Numbered from the stretch's first letter, positions 37,620-51,572 are shown. The stretch is 64,000 bases of DNA from Octopus sinensis (GCF_006345805.1 NC_043013.1:44020001-44084000); one strand, 5' to 3'. Numbers and translations: made by a program. The notes: generated from the sequence alone by a model not told the origin.

Positions 37620-38205
37620 TAAGACAAGACTATAGCTTGAAAATACTCTTTTATAACATATCATACAACACGTGTTTCAATTTGTAATTGTAACTGAAAT
37701 GCATGTAAGGGAGTATAGATTATAAGAATATAATTACTAAGTATATTTTCCTGTTTTAATTTTTTTTTTTTGTATGTATACCTGGGGCCATTATAACTAG
37801 TAAAATATCATCATCATCATCATCGTTTGATGTCCACTTTCCATACTGGTATGGATTGGATGGTTTGACTGAGGACTGGCAAGCCGGGTGGCTGTTCCAA
37901 TCTGATCTGGCAAGGTTTCTACAGCTGGATGCCCTTCCTAATGCCAAACACTCTGAGAGTGTAGTGGGTGCTTTTACATACCACTAGCACGGGAGTCAGT
38001 CAGGTGGCATTAATACAAATTTTCTTCACATGTGTGTGTGTGTGTGTGTGTGTATTTCCTTCGGGTCATTTCAGCACGTGCATCCATTAATTCGGATATG
38101 TTTTCTTTTCCCTCTCCCCATTTGTTTTCTCTCCTCATTCCTTTCTGTAGAAGAGCATAGGCTTGAAATGTCAAAGACGTCTTTCATTTTTCCTGAGCAG
38201 ATTTA

Positions 38206-38396
38206 CTAGGTTGATGCATAATTATTGTGACTTTTTTCCAATAAATTTTATTCAACAAAAAATTTAAACAAAATGCCAATTTAAGCAAAATTGAAGTAGA
38301 TGGTGAATATGCTCCAGAATAATCATTTAAAGATGTTTTTGTTAAATGTTGTTATTGTTTATTGAAAAAAGCCACAATAATTATGCACCAACCTAA
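38206..38396. mobile_element. Mariner-type MITE
   Basis: TA|CTAGGTTGATGCATAATTATTGTG ... CACAATAATTATGCACCAACCTAA|TA. Confidence 0.8.
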
Positions 38397-39213
38397 TATT
38401 ATTGTTCTTATTTTAATGTCCTTTGTTTGGAAATCTTTCGTCACACATCCTGTGACATCTTCAGCAACTCTCCATCCCATGTGTATCCTGTTCAGTTTAG
38501 TCCATTCTGTTAGAAAGACAGAATGGACTAAACAGAAAATTTTCCAAACATTGGACACTAAAATAAGAACAAATATAACTCTGAAGTGAGAAACAAGTGT
38601 ATTTATTTGGCAAAAAACAAATATTAAAAAATGACCATCCCAAAATACAACAGTATTTATGTCAGCACACGATTTCACATCAGGAATCTTTCACTTCCCA
38701 CTGAGCAACCAACTTCCTCCCTCCACTATTCCTTGCCTTCCTCTTCACCCATTCTGCTTTTAAATTTTCCTACATCATGATCTGAATTGTCAGATTTTTA
38801 TCTCTCCACTCTGAAGATGGAAGCCGGATCTATCCAGTGTTTATTTGTTTCCATCACTAGTTACATATTCTGGTGAACTACATCTACCAACATTATGAAG
38901 TAATTCTGAGCTCCCAGAAACAGCTGTCGGACTTGTAACACCATACCTTCTCCCCATTATCTTTCTGTGTCGTTTTGTGTGTATCTGTGAGTTGTGTTTG
39001 CGTGTGTGTGTCTTTCTGTATCTGTGGGTGTCCCAGAGTGTGTATACATTTTTTTTCTCTAGTTTCAGCTCAGAGCTGCGGCCATGCTGATGCACCATCG
39101 TTAAATGATGAACAACCTTAATCAATTTTCAAACCTTATTGGATTCTCATCAGAGGTATCTACACCATTCTGACAGTCTCCAATCCATTCCAGCCTGGAA
39201 AGCAGACATCAAA

Positions 39214-39792
39214 CTGCTTCCTTGCAGTTCTAAGGGTTTTAACTTATATTTTAGCAACATAGGTGCTACCTAGTACCTTCAGGCACAATTAGTGATTATT
39301 GAATTTTACCTTTTTGGTTTTATATTGCATATAGCTGCCTACATATATATACATATATTTCCATGAATACACCTAATAACTTTTTGGATATAGGCATTTT
39401 TTATATACATCTGTATTGACTTTCTCATTGTTGATGCCATCCCCTAATCTAGGCACAAATGTAATTCTTTCCCAAATAAATTGCACTTCATATTCAAGGT
39501 TTCCAGCACTCAGCTATGAGTGCACTGCATCTTATAACTGAAACAGCTGTAAGCTAATGAAGCTCATAAGATAATCATTTATTCCTTTATCCTCTCTCTT
39601 TCTTATACTGCTCTATATTCAGCTAACACTTCATTCTGAAGCATATGTATATTGAGTTCTTCACCAGGCTATTAGTCTCACAATGCCTAAGTGAGGAAAT
39701 ACATACATATATACAACTATGACTTAGGGTACTAGGTAACACCTATATTGCTAGAAAAAAGAGTTAAAACCCTTAGAACTGCAAGGAAGCAG
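39214..39792. mobile_element. Unclassified element with a 31-bp perfect, ~70-bp imperfect terminal inverted repeat
   Basis: CTGCTTCCTTGCAGTTCTAAGGGTTTTAACT (39214-39244) and its exact reverse complement (39762-39792). Confidence 0.6.
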
Positions 39793-41448
39793 ATTTCATA
39801 TCTATTTATTTCGACTGTCCACCTGCAACAGTGATTAAATTGACCAAGAACACTGTTTGCGATGAATATCCAATACCAAACAATCTTAATCTCCATATTT
39901 AAACTGCATTAAACTTTGGCAAGATTACCTTTACTTATTCTGAATTACCTGAAAGGTGATGTTCCCTTCCTCTCTTCTATTTGTCGATACCTTTGTTTAC
40001 CTACCAGTGACATTGTTTCACTTTAAGGATGCATGTTTATCCATCTGTTATGATATTTCAACTGGTGTCCATTGTTTCAAACACATTTTAGCATTTCTGT
40101 TCTAGATTTTTTTAAACAATCACAAGAACTTTCACTTTCATGTAAAACAACTATATTTTTTAGTCATTATCCGTATTTTTCTCCCAAAACACTTCAGTAG
40201 CTCTACTTTGCATCACTTGCAAACTTATATGTTCTGTGATCATTAAAGTGCAATGACCTCCACAATAACCAGCCTTTAATTTGGTCCATTCCTAGGTTAA
40301 TCAGAAACCTACATTGCTGTGCTACTCATAAACCTTCTCAGTAATTCAATTATTTGGTGAAAAAAGATACCACCAAAGCAACTTAAACTGTCCAAAGATG
40401 GGTGCATTTGCTAGTACAGATATAAGCCTGCCTATAGTCCGTCACTTAGATCTATTTGTTATAGCTCTGGTGAATAGGAACAATGCTTTCTACAACTTGT
40501 AGCATTTTTGGGAGGAGCAGTTGGCTATTTAAAAATTGGAACCCATAGGACTATCCAAGCCTATATGGTCAGGACCAGTTTTAAAGTCAGTAAATGGTCA
40601 AGGTTGGTTGGAAAGCCTAACAACTGCCAGTGTCGGGATATTATTTTACTTGGTTCAGTTATTAGACTTCCACACCATAAAATCCCTATCATAAAACATA
40701 GTTGGTGAAAAGGAAGTTGTGTGTGTTTGTGTGTGAGTATGTGGACTGTATACACATTATAACCATACAGTTGCTAACTTTACATAATAGAACTTTTCAC
40801 TCCCCCTCCCGGCCCTCATTCATTTATCTAAGGAAATTCAAGCTGAATGGATTCATTCTTCCAAACCAGTGACTCACTGCACTTTTTAAATCTGACCCAA
40901 CAGACTGTACAATAAAGTTAACCACTTGACTTGTGCTGGTCATATTTGGTAGTGATGGTGGTGGTGAGTGGAATAAATTAATATATATGAGTATATTAAC
41001 CCCTTTATCTGTAATTCTACTCCTTTTTTCAGTGTTTATTTCTTTATTCCACACTCTATATTTTCTTTTTTGCTTGGGATCTCATGCAAAAGAATTTCTT
41101 AATTTAGAAGTAACACCTAAAGTGGGATTAAAAATGAGCTTAAAATAGCTAGCAAAATGGTTACCCACCCCGCCAATGGACACTCTCTTTTTATCTCCTT
41201 CTCTCTAATAATATTTGCTCCTGAACACACTTAAGCACACACTCTTTCTCTCTCTTTTCTCTCCATTTACTCACTCTCTCCTGCCTCTCTCTTTATTATA
41301 ACAATGAAAACCTTTCAGTTTAGAAGTAAAAAAAGAACAGAATTCCATGAAGATTATATTTTCTGACTTCATTGAGTGTAACAATGATAATGATAACTCT
41401 GCTGCTGCTGCTACTACTATTATAACTACCACTACTAATATAATAATA

Positions 41449-41504
<56 letters not shown>

Positions 41505-41939
41505 AAAGTAATAATAATAATAATAATAATAAAGTAATAATCTTTTCTACTGAAGACACAAAGCCTTGAAATTTTGGGGAAGGGGACGAGTCGAGTACAT
41601 AGACCCCAAGTGTTCCACTGGTACTTAATTTATTGACCCCACAAGGATGAAAGGTAAAGTCAACCTCGGCAGAATTTGAAATCAGAATGTAGTGACAGGT
41701 GAAATACATATTTCTTTACTGCCCAAAAGGGGCTACACACAGAGGGGACAAACAAGGACAGACAAACAGACCGCGACCTGTTCACTGACAAAATTCCGAT
41801 GCAGCACAGAATTTTGTCAGCGAACAGGTCGTGGTCTCAAAGCGACGAAAATATTTTGGCAAATTAAATTTAAATGTTGAAGTGAATCAAACGGTTTTTG
41901 TGTGTTTCTTAAATGGCATATAAACACCTTCCACACTGC

Positions 41940-41985
<46 letters not shown>

Positions 41986-42000
41986 TATATATACTTTTGT

Positions 42001-42420
42001 TCTTTTTCCTTATACTTGTTTTGGTCGTTTGACTGTGGCCATGCAGGGGTACTTGCCTTGAAGGGTTTTAGTCAAACAAATTGACCCCAAGACTTTTTTT
42101 TTAAATCCTGGTAATTATTCTATCGGTCTCTATTGCCAAACTGTTAAGTTATGGTGATGTAAACACACAAGTTGTCAAGCAGTGAAGTGGGGACAAACAC
42201 AGACACAAAGACAAATACACACACACAGACATATATATATATATACACACACACATACATATATATACGACAAGCTTCTTTCAGTCTCTGTCTCCCAAAT
42301 CCATTCACAAGGCCTGAGGTGATAGTAGAAGACACTTGCCCAAGGTACCACACAGTGGGACTGAACCTGGAACCAAGTGGTTGGAAAACAAGCTTCTTAC
42401 CACACAGCCATGCCTGCACC
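42001..42420 (-). mobile_element. SINE family A, older subfamily
   Basis: Reverse-strand head, linker and tail. Confidence 0.75.
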
Positions 42421-43526
42421 TTAGTAATAATTGTTTCAAATTTTGGCATGAGCCCAGCAATTTTGTAAGGTGGGGGTGAGATGTGGTTGATAGTAAGTTG
42501 ATTACATTGACCCTTTTACTTGACCAATATTTTACCTTGTATCCATACCGTGAAGATGAAAGGCAAATTACACCTTTGCAGGATTTGAACTCAAAATATA
42601 AATTGTCAGAAGAAATGCCAGTTAGCATTTTTGTCTGAAATGCTAAGGATTCTGCCAGCTTGCTGTCTTATAATAATAATAATAATAATTCTTTCTACTA
42701 TAGGCACAAGACCTGAAATTGAGGGGGGAGGCTACTTTATTACATTGACCCCATTTGAGAGGCTAGTTTATTACATCAACCCAAGTGTTCCTGAAAGGAG
42801 GAGAGCAAAGTTGACTTCGGTGGAATTTGAACTCAGAACATAAGGACGAATGAAATGCTGAGAAGCATTTTATTTGGTATGCTAACTCTTCTGCCAAATC
42901 ATGCGTAAATGGCTCCTTTCCCCAGAAAAGGAAAGATTTGGCTGTTATTTCTTGCATGCCCTGTTACCACGTAACAGGTATTTCGGGTCCTTTATTGCAA
43001 ATAGCTGTTATGTGATAGCAGGGCATGCTAGAAATAGCAACCAAATCTTTGGAGGTGAGATATATTGAATGCACTTGAAAAAATCTTATGGGAAAAAAAC
43101 TATTTTACACCGAGGTTACGAATGGGTCTTTTACGAAATATCTACCATATTTTTAAAGTCAGTTTCACTTTAAAACATTTTTTTAAATATGCCAAAAAAA
43201 ACTTTACTTCATAACATTTCAGAAGGTACCTGGACAAATTCCTCCAAGAAATACCAAACCACTGATACTTGGACACATCTCAGCAAACAGCAGCTCCGTA
43301 CTAGAGTGGATTATGATGCCTTAAGATATGACTATTCTTGGGTCAATAATTGTCAAAACTTAGCCATGTCATCTAAAATCCATCATAGATTATCTCAGAC
43401 TTGCATAGACATTGCAGCATTCAATAATTTTCTTAGCAGCGAGCACTATATTAGGTTGCACACCACAAAAATAATGAGAACATGCAATTATATAGAAACA
43501 GAAACGCAACTTGCTTAGATAGCAAT

Positions 43527-43812
43527 TTAGTTAGTTAGTTAGTTAATTTTTGGCTCAAAAAGCAAAAAGCAAGGCCATGTAGGGGGACATGGAGATATGT
43601 ACAGGGTGGTGTTCATGTAAAGAGTTCAGGCCACTTGAGGTCAAGGGAGACTTTGAACAAAGCGGTCGTCGGCATCTTCATCATCTCATCTGGCAGCTTG
43701 TTCCACGGATCTGCAACCCGGACGGAGAAAGCTCCTCTCCTTCGATTGAGATGAAATCGTCACAGGTAGAGCTTTTCGGAATGACCCCGCAGCCGACGCT
43801 CTGGAGCAGGAG
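43527..43812 (-). mobile_element. CR1-type LINE 3' fragment
   Basis: Minus strand: TPAPERRLRGHSEKLYL*RFHLNRRRGAFSVRVADPWNKLPDEMMKMPTTALFKVSLDLKWPELFT*, followed by a (TAAC)n tail. Confidence 0.85.
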
Positions 43813-44384
43813 TCAGAATATGCAGTATGGGGCTTGGCAAGTCAGAATATGCAGTATGGGGCTTGGCTTGATAGGGGCATAATGTATTTACTGAACTGGA
43901 TCTGTTGATTGTACCTGCTTACTCAGTCATTTACCTACATCTTATAGGGCTATTCTCTTAACTGAGTAATTGGTTGACCAAATTTTCATGTTATCATTAT
44001 TGTAAAGCTATGAAATAGATTAAGATATAGTAATTGATTTACTTAACTAATATTCTGAATCAACAGGATACCAAGCATGAGTGGAAGAGAAGAGTAAATT
44101 ACATGTAAAAGCTTACTCATTTATTTATATTTATCTGATAGGTGAACAAGTTATCGTCTAGGAAGCCTAAAAACTTAGGCTTGTAGATGTTCTCTCAAAA
44201 ACTTTTGTGGAGATTTTAAAAAAAAAACATTTCTTAAGTCAAGAAGAAGGACTGTTATATAAATGAATTCATAAACTGGGACACGAGGTTTCTTTTTCCT
44301 TTTCCTTTTTTTCTTTCCAAAGCAAGCAAGCAGTCTTGAATCAGTGATAATGAAACAACACATGTTGAATACTATTTGTTGATT

Positions 44385-45180
44385 CTAAGGCAGCAAGCTG
44401 GCAGAACTATTAACACATCAGACTAAATGCTGCTAAACATTTTGTCTGTTTTTACATTCTGAGTTCAAATTCCACTGGAGTCAACTTTGCCTTTTCATCT
44501 TTTTGGGGGTTGATAAACTAAGTACCAGTCCAGTACAGGGCTTGATGTATCTGACTTCTTCCTCCCCTCAAAAACTGCTGGTCCTGTGTCAAATTTTGAA
44601 ACCATTATTATTGTTACAGATTTTTACAAACGGACAAAACCCTTTGTAACTTTCGTCCTGTGTTTTGTCCCTTTATGTTATAACTATTTTTTGTCAGCCC
44701 TTGTGGCCAATAAAAGAACTAATTATTATTATTATTATTATTATTATTAAGGTGGTGAACTGGCAGGATCGTTAGCATGCTGAATGAAATGCTTAGCAAT
44801 ATTTTGCCCATTCTGAGTTCAAATTTTGCCGAGGTTGACTGTGCCTAACATCCTTTCATGGTTGATAAATTAAGCAACAGTGAAACACTGGAGGTGATGT
44901 AATCAACTAGTCCCCTCCCCACAAATTTGAGGTCTTGTGCCTCCAATAGAAAGGATTATTATTATTAAGGTGGCGAGCTGGCAGAATTGTTAGCTTGCCA
45001 GGTAAAATGTGGCATTTCATCCACCTTTTACGTTATGAGTTCAAATTCTGCTGAAGTCAACTTTGCCTTTCATCTTTTTGGGGTTGACAAAAAAAGTACC
45101 AGTCAAGTATGGAGGTTGATGTGACTGACTTCCCCCTCCCCTTAAAAACTGCTGGTCATGTATCAAAGTATGAAACTGTT
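44385..45180 (+). mobile_element. Cluster of three older SINE family B copies with (ATT)n tails
   Basis: AAGGCAGCAAGCTGGCAG, AAGGTGGTGAACTGGCAG and AAGGTGGCGAGCTGGCAG heads near 44387, 44749 and 44967. Confidence 0.75.
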
Positions 45181-46014
45181 ATTTGCTGACTCTACTCAGT
45201 TGAGAACTCTTGGTGACTAAATTACTTATAGATTAATTTTGTGATAAATTAAGTGATTTCAGTATATATCTTTTAGCTATTGTGGCTATCTTGCACTCAA
45301 GTATGAATTGTATGCTAAAAGAATTTTTTTTTTTTTTTTGACTTCGTCTTTGTATCTGATTTGCAAGATTCTTTGTGTGAATTTGTGTGTTGAAGCAAAT
45401 TATGTTGTGTCTGGGGAACAGTCATATTGTCTTAATGCCTTATTATCTAACACACTCACCGGTTCCATTTCCACTCATTTAGTATTCATATTTTTCTTCC
45501 AAAATTTTTGTTGCTTTTGCAACATTATCAACGGATGTTGATTCTGTCCATTATTGGAGCTGCGTTCTTTTTTTTGTCTTTTAAAAAAAATTATTGTATA
45601 TTTCGCACACGCATAATTTACTTATTTACATCCAGTCCAAGTGGACTTAAAACAATGAGGATTATATGTGTCCGTGTATGTATATGCATGTGTGCGAAAC
45701 TTATGTTAATATATAATGTACATCATACTCAAACACACACATCCACATTATTGCTATTGAATTCCCTTACTAACAATTATCATGTAGCCATCTACCACAC
45801 TCTCGGTCTCTTCCTGTACTTGCTCTATTACTTTTTTATACATCTATTACTCTGGTACTCCTCTCTCTGTCATCCTCTTTCTCTCACCTCCACCTCTTGT
45901 CTCTCTCTTCTATCTTCTGGGGGATGAGACAATTCTCTGGCAGTGAGAAAAATATGAATTTCCTAGATGCGAAAAAATTTGTCTTCTTTCCAACAAACTA
46001 AAACTTTTCATAAT

Positions 46015-46234
46015 TTCATTATTGTATTTATTTTGAGATGCTCTGTGTTTCTTTCAATTACTTTAAATATAACAAAGAATTTATCAAAATAACTTAGTTA
46101 TCATTAAGCTAGTGTTAGGAACATAAATTGTGACTAAGGTTTGGTGGAAGATATTAATTCAAAACTTATGGAAACAAGACATTTATACTCAGAGCCAGAG
46201 CCAGTTTCAGCCAGGTTGGTAATGAAAGGGTTAA
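46015..46234. mobile_element. piggyBac-like MITE family 1, one end eroded
   Basis: Family body ending GAAAGGG|TTAA. Confidence 0.75.
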
Positions 46235-46925
46235 AGCCTTTCAGATCTTGGTCTTACTTCAATGCTTGGAATTTTTAGACTAAATCATCAACAGATTCAA
46301 GACACTTCATCTAAAACATTTCTTTCATGACCTGGTGGACAAATCAATGCTGAAAATGGATCCTTGGTGGGTACCTGCTTGCACAATATATTGAGATATA
46401 TGCACACTCACACACACACACACTTACACCCTGACACACACACACACACTTACACCCTGACACACACACATACACCCTCACACACACATAGTGACACCCT
46501 TATATTTATGGTGGAAATGCTAATGAGATTGAATGACGTTCATGCTATTTTTCAAAACAATCAATGTCAAACAGTTCAGTCCTAGAACTGAAGCTAATTT
46601 CCAGACTAGAAACTTGAGAGAATTGTTTTCTTTTTTTTTTTTTTCCCCTTTTTTTTTTCTTCTTTGAGAAAGGGAGAAAGACTGAGTGAAAAGTTGGTAA
46701 GAGAAGGTGTTTGTAGTTAATGCTGACAAAAGAAGACTTAGGAAGAAATAGTTAGGATCTCAGATGAAATGAAGAAATGACATGGGATTAAATTGCAAAG
46801 AGAAATGTTATGTTATAGACCTGCCTAACCTACTTTTGCACCGAGAAACAAACATTGTTAGGATTATGATTATTATGATGATGAATCGTGGGTAAAAAAT
46901 TAAATTTAATAAAATGTGCACTTAC

Positions 46926-47046
46926 CATTTTGGCTCGATGCATGAGGTTCCACGCCTTCAGTGCTTTCAGCTTCAGTCTTTATATGAGTTGTACTCCTGT
47001 TTTCTTCGGACATTTTTGGTAAATGCATGCATGTAATACATAGCAC
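46926..47046 (-). CDS. Candidate host-gene exon (121 nt), probably carrying the start codon; product unidentified
   Basis: Acceptor gttttatttttatttttgcag, donor G|gtaagt, AAAAATG context at 47013. Translates to MSEENRSTTHIKTEAESTEGVEPHASSQN plus a phase-1 base; the frame is also open from the exon start (VLCITCMHLPK). Confidence 0.55.
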
Positions 47047-47177
47047 CTGCAAAAATAAAAATAAAACTGATATAATACCCGTGTTGACATTGTTGTTATT
47101 ATTATTCTTGTTGTCGTTAGAATAATAATAAGGCAGTGAGCTGGCAGAATCGTTAGTACACAGGATAAAATGCTGAA

Positions 47178-47431
47178 ACTCTTTTACTTGTTTCAGTCAT
47201 TTGACTGCGGCCATGCTGGAGCACCGCCTTTAGTCGGAGCAAATCGACCCCAGGACTTATTCTTTGTAAGCCTATACTTATTCTATCGGTCTCTTTTGCC
47301 AAACCGCTAAGTTACGGGGACGTAAACACACCACCATCGGTTATCAAGCGATGTTGGGGAGACAAACACAGACACACAAATAAATACACACACACACACT
47401 TATATATATATATATATATATATATTATGCA

Positions 47432-47488
<57 letters not shown>

Positions 47489-47659
47489 GCATATATATAT
47501 ATATGCATATATATATGCATATATATATATATGCATATATATATATATATGCATATATATATATATATGTACGTATATATATATGTATGTATATATATAT
47601 ATATATGTGTATATATATATATATATGTATGTATATATGTATATATGTGTATATATATA

Positions 47660-47708
<49 letters not shown>

Positions 47709-47838
47709 CATATATATGACAGGTGTCCTTCAGTTTTCGTCTACACCAAATCTACCCACAAGGCTTTGATCGGCCCAAGACTATAGTAGAAGACACTTGT
47801 CCAAGGTGCCACACAGTGGGAATGAACCTGGAACCATG
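47178..47838 (-). mobile_element. SINE family A with linker expanded to ~320 bp of interrupted (TA)n
   Basis: The two SINE halves flank 47401-47717. Confidence 0.8.
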
Positions 47839-48617
47839 GCCACAGTCCTCTGACTGAAACTGGTTAGCTCAAAATCCAACAAGGTTATCATTGTCGCCAT
47901 CCTCATCTTTATATTTGCTTTTCCCATACTAGCATGGGCTGGAAGAAACTTCTTCAAATAATATTCTGTGGCCTGATATTCTTGGTGCTAACCTTTGTTT
48001 TCAAATAAGATACTTTATTCTATGCCAACACATCTTGAACCAGTTTCACTATCTACCAATTTTACTAAAAGTAGGCATTGGTTGCCCAAGGACTTTAGTA
48101 GAAGACTTGGCCATAGGCCACTTGCCTTAGTGGGACTAAACCCAAAACCATATGGTTGCGAAGCAAACTTCTTAAATGACACAGCTATGCCTATGCCTAT
48201 AAACCATACTTACATCTACACACACACACACACACCCCTGCACTGAATTGAATTGGATTGCTCATTCACAGTCCACTGCAGGACAAAGGCACACAACCTC
48301 GGTCTGTTGTGGAGGCCATGAATTTGAGGTTGAGATCACTCTGGTCTGATGAACCAACTCTTCCACGCTAGTTCGATATGGCTTGGCAGAGGGGTACAGT
48401 TTTTTTATACAGAAACCCAGGAGTAATTAAATCAATTAATTATATCAGCCTCGGTACTCAACTGGTACTTATTTTATTGACCATGAAAGGATGAAAACCA
48501 AGGTCAACCTCACCGGAATTTGAACTCAGAACGTAATGATAGGCGAAATACTACTAAGCATTTCACTCGATGTGCTAACGATTTTGCCAGCTCACAGCCT
48601 TACACACACACACTTAC

Positions 48618-48670
<53 letters not shown>

Positions 48671-49360
48671 TGTATGTATATATGGAGACTTCTATAGAGA
48701 TTCTGTTACCCAAATTTCACTCTCTAGGCATTGTGCAACCCTCACAAAGTGGGATTGAACCTGAAGTCATGTGGTTGCAAAATAAACTTACACATGCAGC
48801 CATGCCTGCACTTCAAGCGTGTATGCATTATGCTGTGATATAGTCTCATCTATTCTAGCTGAAACGCTGCACCTGCAATTTGTTTATACAATTCATTGTA
48901 TTAATATATATCTAGCCTTGCACTAAAATAACTTTGGTGCTATGGCCCCCGTTGAGAATATAGATCATTCTGTAATTCAAATGAACACAGCCTAGAAAAT
49001 AGAACTGTATAATGATGTTGACCTAATTGAGTCTCATTCACTTCAGTGCATTTGGAACTCTATAGATGTTATAACCCCAACATGGAATCAGAGCACAGTT
49101 GTAGATGATACTGTTATGTAAAACATCAGTGACCAAATCATAAGGATATGACGAAAGACTTTCATATCTTCATAAGAAATATTTTTTTAATATTAGGTGC
49201 ATTTAGGAACAATAACCTTGTTGGATGTATGGACTCAAAGTAAGGTCCAACAAACCAATTAATCGTTTACTGTATCAACAACTTTCAGAATGGTAAGCTG
49301 TATTTCGGAAACTTAACCTTTGAAAGCTTGCTTTCCATCTACTAAGATTGTTTCAAGTGA

Positions 49361-49589
49361 AGGCGGCGAGCTGGCAGAAACAATAGCACGCCGGCGAAAT
49401 GCTTAGCGGTATCTCGTCTGCCATTATGTTCTGAGTTCAAATTCTGCCAAGGTCAACTTTGCCTTTCATCCTTTCGGGGTCGATATATTAAGTACCAGTT
49501 ACACACCGGGGTCGATGTAATCGACTTAATCCCTTTGTCTGTCCTTGTTTGTCCCCTCTATGTTTATCCTCTTGTGGGCAATAAAGAAA
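49361..49589 (+). mobile_element. SINE family B (GCAATAAAGAAAT tail subtype) with 18-bp TSD
   Basis: TSD TAAGATTGTTTCAAGTGA at 49343-49360 and 49590-49607. Confidence 0.85.
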
Positions 49590-51072
49590 TAAGATTGTTT
49601 CAAGTGAGGCTTTTAAAAGTTTGTTCCATTTATTAATACCCAAGTGTATTAAGCTCCTATTCAATGAATCTATTTTGGAATGAGATATCTTTTATCATAT
49701 CATTTATCTTTTTGTTGGGTTCAATCTTTCGACTGCAGCCATGCTGGGACACTATTGAATGGTTTAGTTGGTCAAATCAACCCCAGTCATCATCATCATC
49801 ATCATCATCATCATCGTTTAACGTCCGTTTTCCATGCTAGGATGGGTTGGATGGTTTGACCGGGGTCTAGGAAGCCAGGAGGCTGCACCAGGCTCCAGTC
49901 TGATCTGGCGGTGTTTCTACAGCTGAATACACTTCCTAATGCCAACCACTCCGTGAGTGTATTGGGTGCTTTTACATGCCACCAGCACGAGGGCCAACAA
50001 GGCGGAGCCACGTTAGGATGGTGCTTTTTATGTGCCACTGGCACGGGTATCATAATTACAATTTCCATTTGATTTTTATTTTGATGTTGATGTACTTGAC
50101 TCAATAGGTCTCCTTAAGCACAGCAGGTCACCCTACAATTCAAGGTAAGCACAACAGGCCGTTCTGCAAGCCATGAACTCACTTCATTTGTCGGGTCTTT
50201 TCAATCACAACATTTAATGTTTCCCATGTTCACATTGGTTGGATGGCTTCACTGGAACTGGCAAGGTCAGGGCCCACACTAGGTTCCATAGTCTGTTTTT
50301 GCTTGGTTTCTATGGCAGGATGCCCTTCCTCATGCCACTCACTCCACAGAGTGTACCTTGTGCTTTTTACATGTTACATGGCACCAATACTTATTTTTAA
50401 GTCTGGTACTTACTCTATTGCACCCCCCCCCCCTTTGCCAAACCACTAAGTTAGAGGGACATAAACAACTCAACAACAGTTGTCAATCAGTGGAGGTACA
50501 AACACAATTTCTACCTATCAGATTCACTCACAAGGCATCGGTCAGCCCAAGGTTATAGTAGAAGACACTTTCCTTGGGTACCACACTGTAGGATGTACCC
50601 CAAGACCAACCATGTGGCTGCAAAGTTAGCTTCTTAACCACTTGGCTCTGCCTGATGTATATGTGAAAACATTAGGCTTTGTACAATGATATTATTTTTT
50701 GCTGTAGTAGCTGCATATCTCTGGCTTCTGATCGGTTGCCACCTGCATGGTTTTTGTAGAAAACTGTTGCTTCACAACTTGTGATGTAAGCTAATCGTAA
50801 AGAAATTTGTTTTCGGCAGCCTCTTCTCAGTCAACTGCAGTGATATGGAGTTTATTTTGAACTGAATTGAGCTGGTCAAGTATACCATGTGATACAATTC
50901 GTCCAGAGTATACAGACGTATTACAAGACACTTTGGACTTGTGTGTTGATGTCTTTTCCTTCTGTATCCAGCTTGTTTCTTACAAAATAATAAAATCAAA
51001 AGAAATAATACTGTACATGTTTGTTCTAATAACTTCAGTAACTATAAAACAACACAAATCTTTCTCCTTCTT

Positions 51073-51105
<33 letters not shown>

Positions 51106-51572
51106 ATTCCTGTTATGTAATTGGACTGTGTAGTATGTTATGGTATATGATTTTTTTGAGGATGTTGAATGTTACATGGGTGTATTAGGTATATAGCTTC
51201 CAATGTTCTGTTACTACTTATGACGGTGAGGGACTCTCTATGTTGTTGCTCAACCTGCTGGAAATAACAGCTATATCTCCTTTAAATCAGTTTTCTACCA
51301 TCTTAAAAAAAAAGGAAGGAAACTCATGAATAACAAAAATGGAATGATCTCAACTAGAGCAGCATTATAGATGGGGATGATTTGAGATTAAACAACAATT
51401 TCTATGGGTATTACCAATAGTAATCTCTCCAGATAGGAGTTGCAAACTATCAAACCATACATCAGTTAGAAACCAGGGAAAAAACTTCCAGGGATACCAT
51501 TGCAAGTAGAACATATAACTAAACAGAAGCTAATGCACATAATGTAGTGAAAATATTGTTTCTTAATTAAAA

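Noticed and set aside
49140-49175. GATATGA..TCATATC hairpin as a ribozyme remnant
   Set aside because: A 7-bp AT-rich stem without an intact core is expected by chance
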